NCBI GenBank assembly: GCA_026707815.1
Contig: JAPOWB010000008.1
Coordinates: 1 to 60,229, forward strand
Origin: Candidatus Saccharimonadota bacterium
Lineage (GTDB): Bacteria > Patescibacteriota > Saccharimonadia > Saccharimonadales > VXPC01
Length of the DNA stretch: 60,229 nt
Direction of reading: 5' to 3'
The notes beneath the pieces are model-generated. The model searched no databases. It saw only the letters and a list, made by a program, of their open reading frames with translations, and was not told the origin of the DNA. The position numbers and the translations under genes are program-made. Positions 58,486 to 60,229 of this stretch are shown in pieces. Numbering within the stretch: the first letter of the stretch is position 1; each line of letters begins with the position of its first letter.

Positions 58486-58965
58486 CTAATCTTTGTCTTC
58501 GAGAAATGCTAAATCTGACAGCTTTAACCATTGGATTTTCTTTTCCATATTCCTTAAATGCTCTTGATAGTGAGTGGCTGGGTATGGCATGATATCTTGT
58601 TTGAGTTGATTGGCTATTCTCATGGGCGTAAATATCTCTTGGATAATAACCATCTTGTCTTTGGGTTTAATATTAGAGGAATTATATTGCATGAATAAAT
58701 CTATTTGATAGTACATATTCTGCCATAGGCGAAATAAAGTCATTTCTTTCGGTATTGGCTCTTTTTCATGGGGTAATTTTATTTCAATTTTCACCCAATC
58801 CTTCATATTGGTAATACATTTGTTGATAATCTGATTAAACTCAAATCTTTGCCCATCGCCTCGCATCAATCCCCTAAACCCATCAACTATCATAAGCATT
58901 GCACCTACCGTAAAACCAATTGTTATGCCGTTCGCTATATCTATTTGGCTAGAAATCTCCATCAT
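58486..58965 (-). CDS. Hypothetical 159-aa protein with one N-terminal TM helix
   Basis: An ORF separated from the downstream gene by 18 nt. No motif recognised. Confidence 0.5.
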   Translation of the reverse strand: MMEISSQIDIANGITIGFTVGAMLMIVDGFRGLMRGDGQRFEFNQIINKCITNMKDWVKIEIKLPHEKEPIPKEMTLFRLWQNMYYQIDLFMQYNSSNIKPKDKMVIIQEIFTPMRIANQLKQDIMPYPATHYQEHLRNMEKKIQWLKLSDLAFLEDKD

Positions 58966-58984
58966 GTAACGTCTTTTTAAACAA

Positions 58985-59006
58985 AACCCCCTAATTAAAG
59001 GGGGTT
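58985..59006 (-). terminator. Intrinsic terminator after the pilin gene (same hairpin sequence as 703-724 and 44754-44775)
   Basis: aaccccct-aattaa-agggggtt followed by TTTTGTTT on the minus strand. Confidence 0.6.
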
Positions 59007-59019
59007 AGTTTAAAGGAGG

Positions 59020-59574
59020 TTAGTTGACATCGTCTATGCAGTATAGATTTGTATCGTCTTCTAGCTGGTATAACCATGCTACAGAAGTTCTTGCCCCAGT
59101 ATTAATTTGCCCAGCCGATACACTAATAGCGCTCACATCTAGGGGGGCTATTGCTTGTTGTATTGCACTACATTTATGCTTACCAATGGCAATCACTGTA
59201 TTCGGCGTTTCCTCTGTAGGCGTTGGCCAAGTAACATCATTCGTTGGAACTTTATCTGAATAGTTAACAGCTCCCAATGTTAATGCACCTCCAACACTTA
59301 TATCCTTATATGTGCCTTGTGCATGGTGAGTATAATCAGCTTTATTAATAGCCCTGCCGAATGCAGCTTCGTCAGGAAGTTTACCATTATTGTTGGCAAT
59401 AGCTGTATCCATTGTTGCTCTCAGCCTAGCTATTTCACTTGTCCTAGCACTATTTCTCTGATTCCTCTGCAGAGCTGGCACAGCAATAAAGACCACCGCC
59501 AGGATCAAGCCAGCGATGGCGAGGACAATCATGACCTCGACAATGGTGAAACCTGATATCTTGGGGTTATGGAT
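59020..59574 (-). CDS. Type IV pilin/pseudopilin-like protein (class III signal peptide)
   Basis: The open frame upstream of the tracked ATG encodes ...KISG|FTIVEVMIVLAIAGLILAVVFIA, giving the G/F cleavage site, Glu at +5 and the hydrophobic helix. No ATG, GTG or TTG lies upstream of the motif, and the frame is closed by a TGA at 59575-59577. Confidence 0.7.
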   Translation of the reverse strand: MHNPKISGFTIVEVMIVLAIAGLILAVVFIAVPALQRNQRNSARTSEIARLRATMDTAIANNNGKLPDEAAFGRAINKADYTHHAQGTYKDISVGGALTLGAVNYSDKVPTNDVTWPTPTEETPNTVIAIGKHKCSAIQQAIAPLDVSAISVSAGQINTGARTSVAWLYQLEDDTNLYCIDDVN

Positions 59575-59669
59575 TCAAATAAGAATCTCGTCTCAACGGC
59601 AATGCGCTAAACGAACTCAATCACAGAGACAGCATTAATAAAATATTGAAAGCTAGAATCAGTTACTTA

Positions 59670-60170
59670 CTATTTTTTCTTTTTTTTAGCATCTCTCGCT
59701 TTCTGTCTGCGTTGTCGGCGCGTGGAGTAACCTGCTTCCGCATTTTGACTAAAGCTTGTTTCCAATAGTGAGGGAAGTCCGAAATTTAATACAGTCTGAT
59801 TGTTATTATTCGTAATCAAAAAATCTCCAAGAGTAATGATATCCATGCCTATCAGTAAATGCTCTATGTCTTTATTGATCATTCCATAAACTTCTATCTT
59901 TTCAATTCGTATGCTACTAGGGAGCAAGATATCGATGATAAATTTACTCGTTTTATCAGTTTGTGATGCTGAACTTATTAATCCCTCGCCAATTGGTATC
60001 AATCCCAATTGTGTAACCACTAACTGGGGAATACAAGTCTTCGTAGCCCCCGTATCCCACAAGGCTTTAAATTTATAGTTTTTTATTTCAATGTTCGTAA
60101 TTAATCTTCCGCTAGATACTGGAAAGACCGTTGTAAAAGCGTTGGTATATCTAGTTGGAATCAGATGCAT
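59670..60170 (-). CDS. Retropepsin-like (clan AA) aspartic protease with a Lys/Arg-rich tail
   Basis: ALWDTGATKTCIP (DTGA active site) and LLIGMDII (flap-distal motif). The C-terminus reads RRQRRQKARDAKKKKK. Confidence 0.7.
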   Translation of the reverse strand: MHLIPTRYTNAFTTVFPVSSGRLITNIEIKNYKFKALWDTGATKTCIPQLVVTQLGLIPIGEGLISSASQTDKTSKFIIDILLPSSIRIEKIEVYGMINKDIEHLLIGMDIITLGDFLITNNNNQTVLNFGLPSLLETSFSQNAEAGYSTRRQRRQKARDAKKKKK

Positions 60171-60229
60171 CTAGACTAGTTTATGTAAGCTATATTTTCC
60201 TGTTTGTCATAATCAACAATCTGACAGAT

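Noticed and set aside
57995-59556. Plus-strand ORFs 57995-58192, 59024-59263 and 59317-59556.
   Set aside because: They are antisense to the coiled-coil extension frame and to the pilin gene respectively. Their translations are Ser/Cys/Leu-rich with no features.
59572-59577. TGA read as a sense codon (alternative genetic code), which would extend the pilin leader.
   Set aside because: TGA clearly terminates lysS, fmt and the second lepB at positions matching their expected protein ends, so the standard bacterial code applies.

Overview
This is an AT-rich bacterial chromosome segment, and TGA is used as a normal stop (lysS, fmt and the second lepB all end in TGA). Most of the window is a minus-strand housekeeping backbone. 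It covers translation (lysS, proS, ileS, infB, rpsA, rpsB, tsf, frr, rplU, rpsU, rpmE, prfA-prmC, def-fmt, map), division (ftsA-ftsZ), nucleotide supply (nrdR-nrdJ, adk) and envelope functions (uppS, rseP, two lepB), plus priA and greA. Several proteins are short forms (584-aa IF-2, 214-aa EF-Ts, 369-aa S1). Together with class II NrdJ, a type IV pilin and a 23S-5S pair with no 16S, this suggests a reduced-genome, possibly CPR/Patescibacteria (Saccharibacteria-like) organism. That placement is inference only. Accessory content is interleaved with the backbone. (1) Six paralogous short-period 'YDADGN' repeat proteins sit in three places. They show local gene conversion, shared promoter and terminator modules, a G9 tract, and a decayed integrase beside one cluster. 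(2) A 2530-aa Calx-beta-rich surface protein carries three lectin-like modules and an in-frame G12 slippage tract. (3) An apparently orphan C5-cytosine methyltransferase lies next to proS. (4) The 23S-5S locus has a roughly 200-nt AT-rich expansion in 23S domain I. It is flanked on one side by a tight three-gene operon (methyltransferase N-terminal chimera, GIY-YIG nuclease, unknown). On the other side lies a NERD-SF1 helicase gene followed by uncharacterised genes, a pilin and a retropepsin-like protease. The best candidates for an undescribed system are the GIY-YIG operon (49980-51769), the NERD-helicase locus (55520-57854), and the phase-variable surface protein repertoire. No homology searches or folding were run. 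All calls come from motif recognition in the supplied translations and from reading the DNA. Hand-located small motifs may be off by 1-2 nt.
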